From positions 1-22,862 of the forward strand of contig JBFRWI010000231.1 in the NCBI GenBank assembly GCA_051439505.1: a stretch of 22,862 nucleotides of DNA. The letters are read 5' to 3'. The DNA comes from Hormoscilla sp. GTDB taxonomy: Bacteria > Cyanobacteriota > Cyanobacteriia > Cyanobacteriales > Desertifilaceae. Every line of letters starts with the position of its first letter. The stretch's first letter is position 1. Under the pieces are notes generated by a model. That model searched no databases. It had not been told where the DNA came from and saw nothing but the letters and a program-made list of their open reading frames with translations. The translations under genes and the position numbers were made by a program. Below, in pieces: positions 1 to 7,799 of the stretch.

Positions 1-380
1 AGAATGGAGATTATGACAGGGCTGAAGAAAAAATCAACCAGGCGAGAATGGGGGAACCTAAATCCCCAGACCCTTGGTACGGGAAAGCTCAACTGGCTCT
101 CGCAAGAGAAAACAGACCCGTCGCACTAAAATATACTGATAAAGCATTGAAGCTGGAACCAAAGCATGTGCCTAGTTTGGTGCTGAAAATTAAACTTCTG
201 TTATTGAATGGCGGTCATGACTTAATTAAAGCTGAAGAAATAGCAACCAAGAGTCAGGGGAGATCGGAGGAACTAGATTCATGGTTGAATTGCCTGGAGA
301 GAGAAAAAGTTTTTTCGTCTTCGTTGAATACAGATTATGAATTAGATGCGAAATGTCCCCTTCCCATCTACAAATGGTAA
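1..380 (+). CDS. TPR-repeat protein, 5'-truncated by the window edge
   Basis: The frame is open from base 3 (NGDYDRAEEKINQARMGEPKSPDPWYGKAQLAL...ALKYTDKALKLEPKHVPSLVLK) with a TPR-like helix pattern; stop at 378-380. Confidence 0.7.
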   Translation, partial: NGDYDRAEEKINQARMGEPKSPDPWYGKAQLALARENRPVALKYTDKALKLEPKHVPSLVLKIKLLLLNGGHDLIKAEEIATKSQGRSEELDSWLNCLEREKVFSSSLNTDYELDAKCPLPIYKW

Positions 381-398
381 ACAATTGAGGAAGATATT

Positions 399-2453
399 AT
401 GAGCAAAAAGGCAGATAAATGGATTATGGGCATCATTTTACTGATCCCTATTGTTTGTTTGGGCTATCTGTATCAGAATGGGATAATAAGCATAAACAAA
501 GGGGCGGGTACAGCCTCGTCTAAAGAATCGTCTTCACAGACAGAATCACCTTTGCCTACAGAATTGCAAGAGCGACGACATAATCTTTCTGCTGAAGATG
601 CTACTCCAGATGAACGCGATCGCGCAAGACTAGAAGATCTACGTCGTAAACTATATGTACTAGAGCAGATACGAACAGAAGAGATTAGAGGAATCAGATC
701 TGGTTTTTATGCTTGGGGTCCAATAGCTTCCGAGCTTCAAATAAAATATGAACGTCTTAAAAGAGAATATGAACTTTTGAGATCCTCAATAGATGGTGGC
801 TCTCGCAGCAACACCAATTTTATTCCAAACTTAAACAGCTTTGCATCTGTACCCCTAACCAACAAAACTCAGCCATTACCTCATGATGGCTTATTTATCA
901 GAAGAAACAATGAGTTCGGCACGAAACTTCATGTAGGAATCAAAGACTTAATTGACCAAGGGGTCTCGATCGATCAAACTCTCATTCGCTTCGATGACTT
1001 TGTGGCATTAAATAGCGATCGCGTCCCCCTACCTCAATCAGGTCAATCTCTTGCGGTCAGCTATGGCATAGCACCAATTCCCCTGAGCCAAAAGCGCGAC
1101 GATCGAGCCACCCATTATCTAGAGATTGCCTTGAGAGCATCGGATGTAGCTCCCGCAGGACATAGGAAGACTCAAGCCCCACCAGTTAATTACATTTTTG
1201 TGATTGACACCAGTAGCTCCATGTCAGGAGAAAAATTAGACACCGTCAAATCCACAATTCGAGAGCTATTTAAGAGGATGAGGAAAGACGATGTTCTGGG
1301 AATTGTCGAATTTAATAACCAGCCGAGAACCCTGCTAAAGGCGACCCGTGTGGGAAAATTTTCGCGCAACGAATTCAGCCGAATCATCAGTAATCTCACC
1401 GCTGGCGGCGGGACAGACATCAATATCGGTCTATCATTTGGCATCGATGAGATCGGTCGCTATGAAAGTGACGCCTCTTTGAATCAGATCTTTTTGTTTT
1501 CAGATGGCCAGCCCTCTTCAGGAGAAACAGACTGGATTAAAATTCGGCAAAACGTGGATAAGAAAACCCGGGGGGATATCCGCTTATCAACATTTGCCTT
1601 CGGTACAGATGCCAATACCAGGGAACTGGATGCCTTAGCTGGTCTAACGGGAGGAAAATCAAATTTTATCGCAGACCCCACAGACACCGAAGAAATTCAC
1701 CTCAGCCTGCAAGAGGAATTGAATAGAAGAGAACATTTGGCGGGGATGAATGTCCAACTCAAGGTGGAAATCGATCGAGACATTCCCATTTATCACTTGT
1801 ACGGTCACGATCAAATCACAGATCCCCGCAGAAGAGCAGCAGTGGTGCAAGACATTGAGAATGTTAAGAATGAAGCGGAAGCAGAGTTAGGAGTTACACC
1901 AGCAGCGGATCTAGTCACGGATGAGAAAGGGATCCGCATCTTTGTACCCGACTTAGCTGTGGGCGAAACCTACTGGGTAGTTTTCGAGTTAGCTATCCCG
2001 GAAGGCAAAAGGCAAAGCCCGGTGGGAAAAACGACGGTGCAATATGTGGATACATTTGCTCGTAAGAATCGCAAATCGGAGTTCCCATTATCCGCATCAG
2101 GAAAATTGCCTGCTGATTTAGTGGTGGAACACGCCTTGGGACTGTGGACGAGTGAAGTCGCGTTTTACGCCCTTGAGGATCTGTATCAAAATGATGTCGA
2201 TACTGCCAAAAAGCGGATTGAGAAACATGTGGATTTACTCACTGCTGCCAACGATAAGTTATCCTCGGAGCAAATTGCGGATGATAAGATCACGCTGAAA
2301 AAGTTTGTCTCCCTGGCGGAAAATCTGGGAAAAGTGAAAGCTGCTTCCGATGTGTCTCCTCAACGTTACAATACTTTCGTGACTCATCAACTTAGCCAGT
2401 TTGGCAAAGTCAGAAACGGCTATTTCCGTACCAATTATTCTCCTAATCCTTGA
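399..2453 (+). CDS. Membrane-anchored von Willebrand factor A (vWA) domain protein
   Basis: N-terminal hydrophobic helix (WIMGIILLIPIVCLGYLY); intact MIDAS elements FVIDTSSSMSG, GGGTDI and LFSDG; RBS GAGG upstream. Confidence 0.85.
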   Translation: MSKKADKWIMGIILLIPIVCLGYLYQNGIISINKGAGTASSKESSSQTESPLPTELQERRHNLSAEDATPDERDRARLEDLRRKLYVLEQIRTEEIRGIRSGFYAWGPIASELQIKYERLKREYELLRSSIDGGSRSNTNFIPNLNSFASVPLTNKTQPLPHDGLFIRRNNEFGTKLHVGIKDLIDQGVSIDQTLIRFDDFVALNSDRVPLPQSGQSLAVSYGIAPIPLSQKRDDRATHYLEIALRASDVAPAGHRKTQAPPVNYIFVIDTSSSMSGEKLDTVKSTIRELFKRMRKDDVLGIVEFNNQPRTLLKATRVGKFSRNEFSRIISNLTAGGGTDINIGLSFGIDEIGRYESDASLNQIFLFSDGQPSSGETDWIKIRQNVDKKTRGDIRLSTFAFGTDANTRELDALAGLTGGKSNFIADPTDTEEIHLSLQEELNRREHLAGMNVQLKVEIDRDIPIYHLYGHDQITDPRRRAAVVQDIENVKNEAEAELGVTPAADLVTDEKGIRIFVPDLAVGETYWVVFELAIPEGKRQSPVGKTTVQYVDTFARKNRKSEFPLSASGKLPADLVVEHALGLWTSEVAFYALEDLYQNDVDTAKKRIEKHVDLLTAANDKLSSEQIADDKITLKKFVSLAENLGKVKAASDVSPQRYNTFVTHQLSQFGKVRNGYFRTNYSPNP

Positions 2454-2527
2454 TCGCCGGTGGAGAATGGGTCATGGGCGGTCTTTATGGGACGTGGAGG
2501 GCGATCGCGTGGTCGTTGCCGTTCGGG

Positions 2528-2744
2528 GGGCGATCGGGCGGTCGTTGAGAAACCGGGTTTCTTGAGAATATCTCGGTGTCGATGCACAAAATCTCGAAGA
2601 AACCCGGTTTCTGGTCGGGTCGCGGGAATGGGGCGATCGGGCGGTCGTTGAGAAACCGGGTTTCTGATTTTAATCTCGCTGTCGTGCCAACAAAATTATT
2701 ACAGAAACCCGGTTTCTGGTCGGGTCCCGGGAAGGGGCGATCGC
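2528..2744. repeat. Two tandem ~103-bp palindromic REP/MITE-like units
   Basis: Each unit is GGGCGATCG...AGAAACCGGGTTTCT-N35/37-AGAAACCCGGTTTCTGGTCGGGTC...; the 15-mers lie at 2548, 2598, 2651 and 2703. Confidence 0.85.
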
Positions 2745-2802
2745 AACATACACGCTCGGGTGTATAATCAAAGATAAATAGTCGTTAGAGGAGGTAACAG
2801 TA

Positions 2803-3645
2803 GTGGAAATGCCAGGAACAAAAGCCGGAGAAATAATCTATCCCGAAAGCGATGGAAAACCAATAGCAGATAATACTGTCCAGTTCCGCTGGATAACGAA
2901 GATATATTCTAATCTGGAGTCGCTATTTGCTGACAATCCCAACGTATTTATAGCCGGGGACTTGTTATGGTATCCAGTAGAAGGGGATAATGTAACCCGC
3001 CAAGCACCGGATGTGATGGTGGCTTTCGGGCGTCCCAAGGGCGATCGGGGTTCCTACCTACAGTGGCAGGAAGGAAATATAGCGCCGCAGGTAGTGTTTG
3101 AAATCCGTTCTCCAAAGAACACCCAAACGGAAATGGACGAGAAATGGGACTTTTACTTCGACTACGGCGTAGAAGAATATTACCTGTACGATCGCGATCA
3201 AAACGATCTGAGTGGATGGTTACGTTCCCAGTCAGATTTAGATGTAATAGACCAGATGGATGGATGGGTAAGCCCCCGGTTGCATATTCGGTTCGATATG
3301 TCGGGAGAGTCCTTACAACTGTACCATCCGAAGGGGAAAGCATTTGCGACTTATTTGGAGATAAGTAAACAACTCGAACAGGCAAAGAAGGAACTAGAAT
3401 TGATGCGTCAGCAAAAGGAACTCGATCGAAAGCTAGAATTGGCGCGTCAGGAAAAGCACAGGTTAAAAGAGTTGCTGCGATCGGCTGGAATAGACCCAGA
3501 TAAAATTGATTTAACTACAGCAGAGGATCCAGACGATGAAAGCATTGAGTCGGTAAAAGCAAGTCTGCGCCGGTCCTTAGCAGAAGCTAAAGAGGGAAAA
3601 CGCTTACCCATTGCTCAATTGTGGTCGGGAATAGATGCCGACTGA
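2803..3645 (+). CDS. Uma2 (DUF820) family PD-(D/E)XK endonuclease with a fused antitoxin-like C-terminal tail
   Basis: YPESDGKPIADNT, APDVMV, PQVVFEIRSP and YGVEEYYLYD motifs, a coiled coil, then GIDPDKI followed by an extra ~45 aa. TATAAT at 2763-2768 and GGAGG at 2790-2794. Confidence 0.9.
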   Translation: MEMPGTKAGEIIYPESDGKPIADNTVQFRWITKIYSNLESLFADNPNVFIAGDLLWYPVEGDNVTRQAPDVMVAFGRPKGDRGSYLQWQEGNIAPQVVFEIRSPKNTQTEMDEKWDFYFDYGVEEYYLYDRDQNDLSGWLRSQSDLDVIDQMDGWVSPRLHIRFDMSGESLQLYHPKGKAFATYLEISKQLEQAKKELELMRQQKELDRKLELARQEKHRLKELLRSAGIDPDKIDLTTAEDPDDESIESVKASLRRSLAEAKEGKRLPIAQLWSGIDAD

Positions 3646-3708
3646 ACGGGATATCTCAATGATGCTTTCGACAGATATTTCTTGACAGGACGGGAGGGCG
3701 ATCGCATC

Positions 3709-3906
3709 TTACTCTCCCTTTTTCTCGATCAACTGCTGATAACGTCGAACAGAAGCAAGCAACTTTCCACTCGGTTCTGGCGGGTTGAGTAAAGCTTCTG
3801 CGAAAAAAGCACTATCCCGAGCGTTTAAATGGATCGCATCCTGTTCTCGAACAATGCTTCTGGCCACTTTCTGCACGGCGCCAATTATGTTACTATATTC
3901 TGCCAT
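3709..3906 (-). CDS. DUF1778 (TacA-like) antitoxin fragment lacking the N-terminal RHH; may be a pseudogene
   Basis: ARSIVREQDAIHLNARDSAFFAEALLNPPEPSGKLLASVRRY matches the DUF1778 C-terminal half. ATG at 3906 has GAGG 6 nt upstream; alternative GTG start at 3918. Confidence 0.7.
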   Translation of the reverse strand: MAEYSNIIGAVQKVARSIVREQDAIHLNARDSAFFAEALLNPPEPSGKLLASVRRYQQLIEKKGE

Positions 3907-3967
3907 CTCATTCCTCACTACAACATATAATCTGATTATATCTGAAAATCCTTTCCAGTCCCTTGCC

Positions 3968-4108
3968 TGCCCATCGCCCCTGACAGTACGGGAGGGCGAT
4001 CGCGCCGCAGTTGAGAAACCGGGTTTCTCAGCTAAATCTCGGTGTGGATGCCAAAGTTATCACAGAAACCCGGTTTCTGGTCAGGTCGCGGGAAGGGGGC
4101 GATGGGCA
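3968..4108. repeat. Third copy of the AGAAACCGGGTTTCT palindromic element, enclosed by a 13-bp inverted repeat
   Basis: 15-mers at 4014-4028 and 4064-4078; outer IR TGCCCATCGCCCC (3968-3980) / GGGGCGATGGGCA (4096-4108). Confidence 0.85.
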
Positions 4109-4141
4109 AATGGCAAATGTATCGATCGAGTTTATTAGAGC

Positions 4142-4170
4142 TTGACAAAAAAAGGGTTATAATCTTTAAT
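4142..4170 (+). promoter_or_regulatory. Putative sigma70-type promoter of the peptidase cassette
   Basis: TTGACA at 4142-4147, TATAAT at 4158-4163 (only 10 nt spacing) and TTTAAT at 4165-4170 (17 nt spacing). Confidence 0.45.
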
Positions 4171-4195
4171 AGACTCAGATAGCTAAGGGAAAAGC

Positions 4196-4702
4196 GTGAG
4201 CAACTCAGATTATACGGTTTCAGGAGCAGGGGGAAATTGGCCAGTTATTGATGAAGGCGAATATCCCACAGTTATTCAACAGCAAAACCGCTTATCTTGC
4301 GGTCCCGCCAGTGCTGAAATGTTACTGAGAATACAGGGAGTAAATAATCTAACTCAGGAAATAATTGCCTCAGAGACAGGAGTGCCCGTAACTGTTCCCG
4401 ACTTAGCGCTAGCACTGAACCGACTAGATCCCAGCAGTTCTCGACAGTGGATCGGAGGAGGTTTAGAAATTCCAGGAGCCAGTTTTGCCGAAGTGCTGGA
4501 GGTATTAACTGCCACAGGCCCTTGGATAGCGGAGTTGCGAGAACCCGGTGCGCGTCTCGGTCACTTAGTTGTTGTTAACGGTTTTGATGCTTTGGGTAGA
4601 ATCGAGATCGCCGACCCTTGGAATCGCACCCAGTATAAAATGGATAAAGACGAATTCTTACAATATTGGACGCTGCAAGGCATTTACCTCAGAAAACTAT
4701 GA
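4196..4702 (+). CDS. Stand-alone C39-like / papain-fold cysteine peptidase
   Basis: QQQNRLSCGPASAEMLL (oxyanion Gln + Cys), GHLVVVNG (His), IADPW (Asp); no signal peptide, TM segment or ABC domain. Confidence 0.8.
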   Translation: MSNSDYTVSGAGGNWPVIDEGEYPTVIQQQNRLSCGPASAEMLLRIQGVNNLTQEIIASETGVPVTVPDLALALNRLDPSSSRQWIGGGLEIPGASFAEVLEVLTATGPWIAELREPGARLGHLVVVNGFDALGRIEIADPWNRTQYKMDKDEFLQYWTLQGIYLRKL

Positions 4703-5040
4703 TAACCCAAGTCTTGAACATTCAACAAGGCAGTAATGCCGACTTCCTGACAATCGTGATGTCGATCGGGGATAGGCAGCACCAGTTTACCTTTGCCCGC
4801 AAATACGACCAGATCGCTAATCGTCAACTCCAAATTATTACCTATGACAGTAATTTTGGGGAAACTTTCAAATATAATCAACAGATCGTTGCCGAGGTGA
4901 TGAACATAGTCCGGGAGTTTTACGCTGGCAACAGCGTAAAATTTCCTCAATATGTGGGAGATTTTGGCACCCGCGAACAAGCGTTGGCATTACAAAAGCC
5001 ATTCTACCCCAAAACTCTGGAAACATCTCCCATTAGATAA
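4699..5040 (+). CDS. Hypothetical 113-aa protein translationally coupled to the peptidase (candidate immunity/antitoxin)
   Basis: ATG at 4699-4701 overlaps the peptidase TGA at 4700-4702 (ATGA). Confidence 0.7.
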   Translation: MITQVLNIQQGSNADFLTIVMSIGDRQHQFTFARKYDQIANRQLQIITYDSNFGETFKYNQQIVAEVMNIVREFYAGNSVKFPQYVGDFGTREQALALQKPFYPKTLETSPIR

Positions 5041-5139
5041 GGCAAGCGGCCATCAAGAGCGGTGGCCGAAACAAAAGTGCCAGAGCGCAATTATGAGTTA
5101 TAATGTAATTGCTCTCCCAACAGCAAGCAGGAGCAAAAT

Positions 5140-5445
5140 ATGTCCCATATTGAGTTTCGCGATCGCTCCACCGGCGATCGGCAAGCATACATGAAAGGTT
5201 CTAACCTGGCAGTATGGCAAGTAATTATGCTGGCCCAGAACTATGATATGAAATGCGAAAAAGTTGCCCAGCATTTACGGCGAACCTTAGATTGGGTGCA
5301 GGCAGCTTTCAATTATGCTAAAACTTACTCCGAGGAAATTAATGAAGCGATGGCTGATTTTCAGGCGATCGACTACACAGCCCTTCAGCAAATCTTACCT
5401 CAAATTGAGCTGAAAACGGTTCCCAAAGAAATATTCGGCAAATAA
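5140..5445 (+). CDS. DUF433-like antitoxin domain protein, apparently lacking its N-terminal DNA-binding region
   Basis: HIEFRDRSTGDRQAYMKGSNLAVWQVIM...VQAAFNYAKTYSEEINEA; TATAAT at 5099-5104 and AGGAG at 5129-5133. Confidence 0.7.
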   Translation: MSHIEFRDRSTGDRQAYMKGSNLAVWQVIMLAQNYDMKCEKVAQHLRRTLDWVQAAFNYAKTYSEEINEAMADFQAIDYTALQQILPQIELKTVPKEIFGK

Positions 5446-5475
5446 CAGTAATGAGAGCGATCGCCTGTTCCTGAA

Positions 5476-6042
5476 CTACGCTCTGCGCTTTTTCCGTTTT
5501 CCTTTAGGTTGACGTGCGATACCTCTAAGAAAGTCTCCCAACTCTGTACTCCTGCCATTATGCTCGTAATTATCAGCTCCAAAAACATGCTTTAATTCAT
5601 CTTTATACTTAGAGTATTCCTGTGGCAAGGAACCACCCAACTTAATAAATGCTTTGGCTGTAAATTCATAGCGACGATCGGATTGATTCATAAATTGCCT
5701 GAAGAACTTATAGGTATTAGTTACTTGCCTGACAGCTTGTCCCAGATCGCCACTGCGCTTCAACTCCACAAAGCAAATAATTCTTTTGCTACCTTCAGCA
5801 TAAAATACAATTAAGTCACAAATTGCCATCCCTTCTCTATCGAGTCCTAACAGTTGACGAAATTTGCAATTAGGGTTTGATTGATCGTCTACAGAGAAAA
5901 AGAGAACAGTCTCCCCGCTTTGTGGTTCTAAACTAATATTGACTGTCTTTTCTGTAAAACTTGTTACCCCAGGAAGAAAACATTCGGTCAAAAGTAAAGT
6001 ATTCAAACACATTGTCCGCTTTTCCTCAGAATATGCGCTCAT
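5476..6042 (-). CDS. Hypothetical protein with a PD-(D/E)XK-like nuclease motif
   Basis: ICDLIVF...ICFVELKRSGDLGQAVRQV; basic tail KGKRKKRRA; ATGA overlap with the upstream ATPase at 6039-6042. Confidence 0.65.
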   Translation of the reverse strand: MSAYSEEKRTMCLNTLLLTECFLPGVTSFTEKTVNISLEPQSGETVLFFSVDDQSNPNCKFRQLLGLDREGMAICDLIVFYAEGSKRIICFVELKRSGDLGQAVRQVTNTYKFFRQFMNQSDRRYEFTAKAFIKLGGSLPQEYSKYKDELKHVFGADNYEHNGRSTELGDFLRGIARQPKGKRKKRRA

Positions 6043-7382
6043 GAAAATATATGAGAAATATCATCAGAGACATTCCCAAAGGTACTCCAATCAATACTGC
6101 CGTCTTCAGCCAAAACATTTGTAGCCGTTCCCTCGGCAAACAAATAGACAGAAACTTGCTCTTGCGCAATAAAAGCCTCCGTCCGTTCCAAGTAAAACCG
6201 TTCCTTAATTTTCTCCCGATCGGGCCGTTTACTAGCCTGGATGAGATTAGCTAAATGAGCAACAATATAAGGACTGTGGGTAGTGAGAATGACATGCAAA
6301 CCCCCCCGAACCAACATCGCCAAGAACTCAATAATTTCCACTTGGGCAGCAGGATGTAAATTAATTTCTGGCTCATCTATAATTAGCCAATCATCAGGTG
6401 CAGCTAAATAGCGTAAGTAGAGAACCAAGGGCGCAAGTTCCTTCACCATTGCCGAAACAATGGGCATTTCTAACTTGAGACCATCGGCAACTTGGAAAAG
6501 CAGTTGCTTCTTTAACCCCGATCGCTCATAATCAACCTGTCCTTGGAGAATATCATTTTCTAATAACGCCGCCAATTTAACATACTCTCCAATGCGCGGC
6601 TCTTCATTAATTTGCATTTCCCTCTCGGCAAAATTCCTGTTCTCAGCAGTCTCCATCATCTCCAAAAAATCCCCCACTGGAGCCAGTAAATTTCTGACTC
6701 TCGACTCAGGGACAACTTTTTCTGGTAAAGGTAAAGAGATAAAAGTAGTTCTTTCTGTCGGAAATGTATAAAGATGAGAACATAATTTAACGTGAATCCT
6801 TTGCAAAATCCCAGCAATAACAAATTGCTTAACGACTCGCTGAGGAACCCTGTCCCAAATCTCTCTTTCAGAAAGCAGGTAGAAATAAATAATTGATTCA
6901 TCTGCTTCCTTAAGCAGATTGAGGACAGCCCCTTTACTGCCAACATACAGTTTTTTTTCTGCCCGATCGCCTTTAATTTTATTTAACAATTCCGTCTTGC
7001 TTTTCCCGAGACCGATCTGTACTTGGCATACTGATGATTTTGTCCCAGCCATAAAAGGTAGCAACCAACTGCTTGCCAAACTAGCCACATCATTGATGTA
7101 TGCTTCGGCATAGATATCAGCAAACTCCCATAAATCAACCCTGGCATTACCTGATGCTATCAGTTCTTGAATAGCAGCATCTAGAGGCGGGTATTTCTGC
7201 TCAGTTTGACCGTCAATATAAGCTTCCACATACTTCTCGTAGCCCTTGGTTCCTAAAATAGCCGCCAAACTGTAAGCAGTCCAGGTTTTCCCGAGACCAT
7301 TACCCCCAATGAAAACCGTCAGGGGTTTTAACTCAATCTCTGCTTCCCCGATCGCACCTAAGTGACAAATTTTAATTTTCAT
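6039..7382 (-). CDS. ABC-type ATPase (AAA_15/AAA_21, AbiEii-like)
   Basis: Walker A GGNGLGKT, degenerate signature VSAMVKEL, Walker B/D-loop LIIDEPEINLHP, H-loop TTHSPY; no TM segments. Confidence 0.88.
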   Translation of the reverse strand: MKIKICHLGAIGEAEIELKPLTVFIGGNGLGKTWTAYSLAAILGTKGYEKYVEAYIDGQTEQKYPPLDAAIQELIASGNARVDLWEFADIYAEAYINDVASLASSWLLPFMAGTKSSVCQVQIGLGKSKTELLNKIKGDRAEKKLYVGSKGAVLNLLKEADESIIYFYLLSEREIWDRVPQRVVKQFVIAGILQRIHVKLCSHLYTFPTERTTFISLPLPEKVVPESRVRNLLAPVGDFLEMMETAENRNFAEREMQINEEPRIGEYVKLAALLENDILQGQVDYERSGLKKQLLFQVADGLKLEMPIVSAMVKELAPLVLYLRYLAAPDDWLIIDEPEINLHPAAQVEIIEFLAMLVRGGLHVILTTHSPYIVAHLANLIQASKRPDREKIKERFYLERTEAFIAQEQVSVYLFAEGTATNVLAEDGSIDWSTFGNVSDDISHIFS

Positions 7383-7453
7383 GGCCTAATTCCTGGAGTC
7401 GTAATTTATCTCTAATTCCTTTATAACACAGAAATTACCAAACATCAATACCA

Positions 7454-7462
7454 ATTATAGCA
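7454..7462 (-). promoter_or_regulatory. Putative extended -10 promoter of the ATPase-nuclease operon
   Basis: The minus strand reads TGCTATAAT; a second TATAAT lies at 7463-7468. Confidence 0.4.
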
Positions 7463-7500
7463 ATTATACTGCCTTCCCAATTCTCCAGATACCAGTTTCT

Positions 7501-7780
7501 GTAGAGGAAGAAGGCCATATCGTCCTCTACCCCCAAGGGGCGATCGGTGCATCGCCCGATACTTGTAATAGCCCGCGCAGGCGGTTGCCGCGCTGCGCTC
7601 GCAATGACATTGCTTTGTTCATGTAGCCGGGCCCTTTAGGGTTCGGGCGACGAGGTTTTTACCACGGGCGATCGGCCATCTGGAGCCGGTGGTGGGCGGT
7701 GCCCACCCTACTTTTATACAATGTTTTCAGTCGGTTTCAACCGACTTTAGCTATTAGCCGGGGGTTTGAACCCCCGGCGG
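7501..7780. repeat. Cluster of several unrelated short palindromic REP-like elements
   Basis: GTAGAGGA..TCCTCTAC (7501-7530), GGTGGGCGGTGCCCACCCTAC (7691-7711), AGTCGGTTTCAACCGACT (7729-7746), GCCGGGGGTTTGAACCCCCGGC (7757-7778). Confidence 0.7.
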
Positions 7781-7799
7781 GTTATCGGGAAAGAGACTT

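Noticed and set aside
2548..2717. CRISPR-like array of four palindromic repeats spaced 35-38 nt apart
   Set aside because: The repeats are only 15 bp and alternate in orientation, the spacers are homologous to each other, and there are no cas genes.
2460..2767. ORFs 2460-2651 and 2576-2767 (also 3785-4138)
   Set aside because: They are translations of palindromic repeat DNA or antisense to a real gene.
4196..4702. Bacteriocin/RiPP processing peptidase
   Set aside because: No precursor peptide, ABC exporter or modification enzymes are present in the window.
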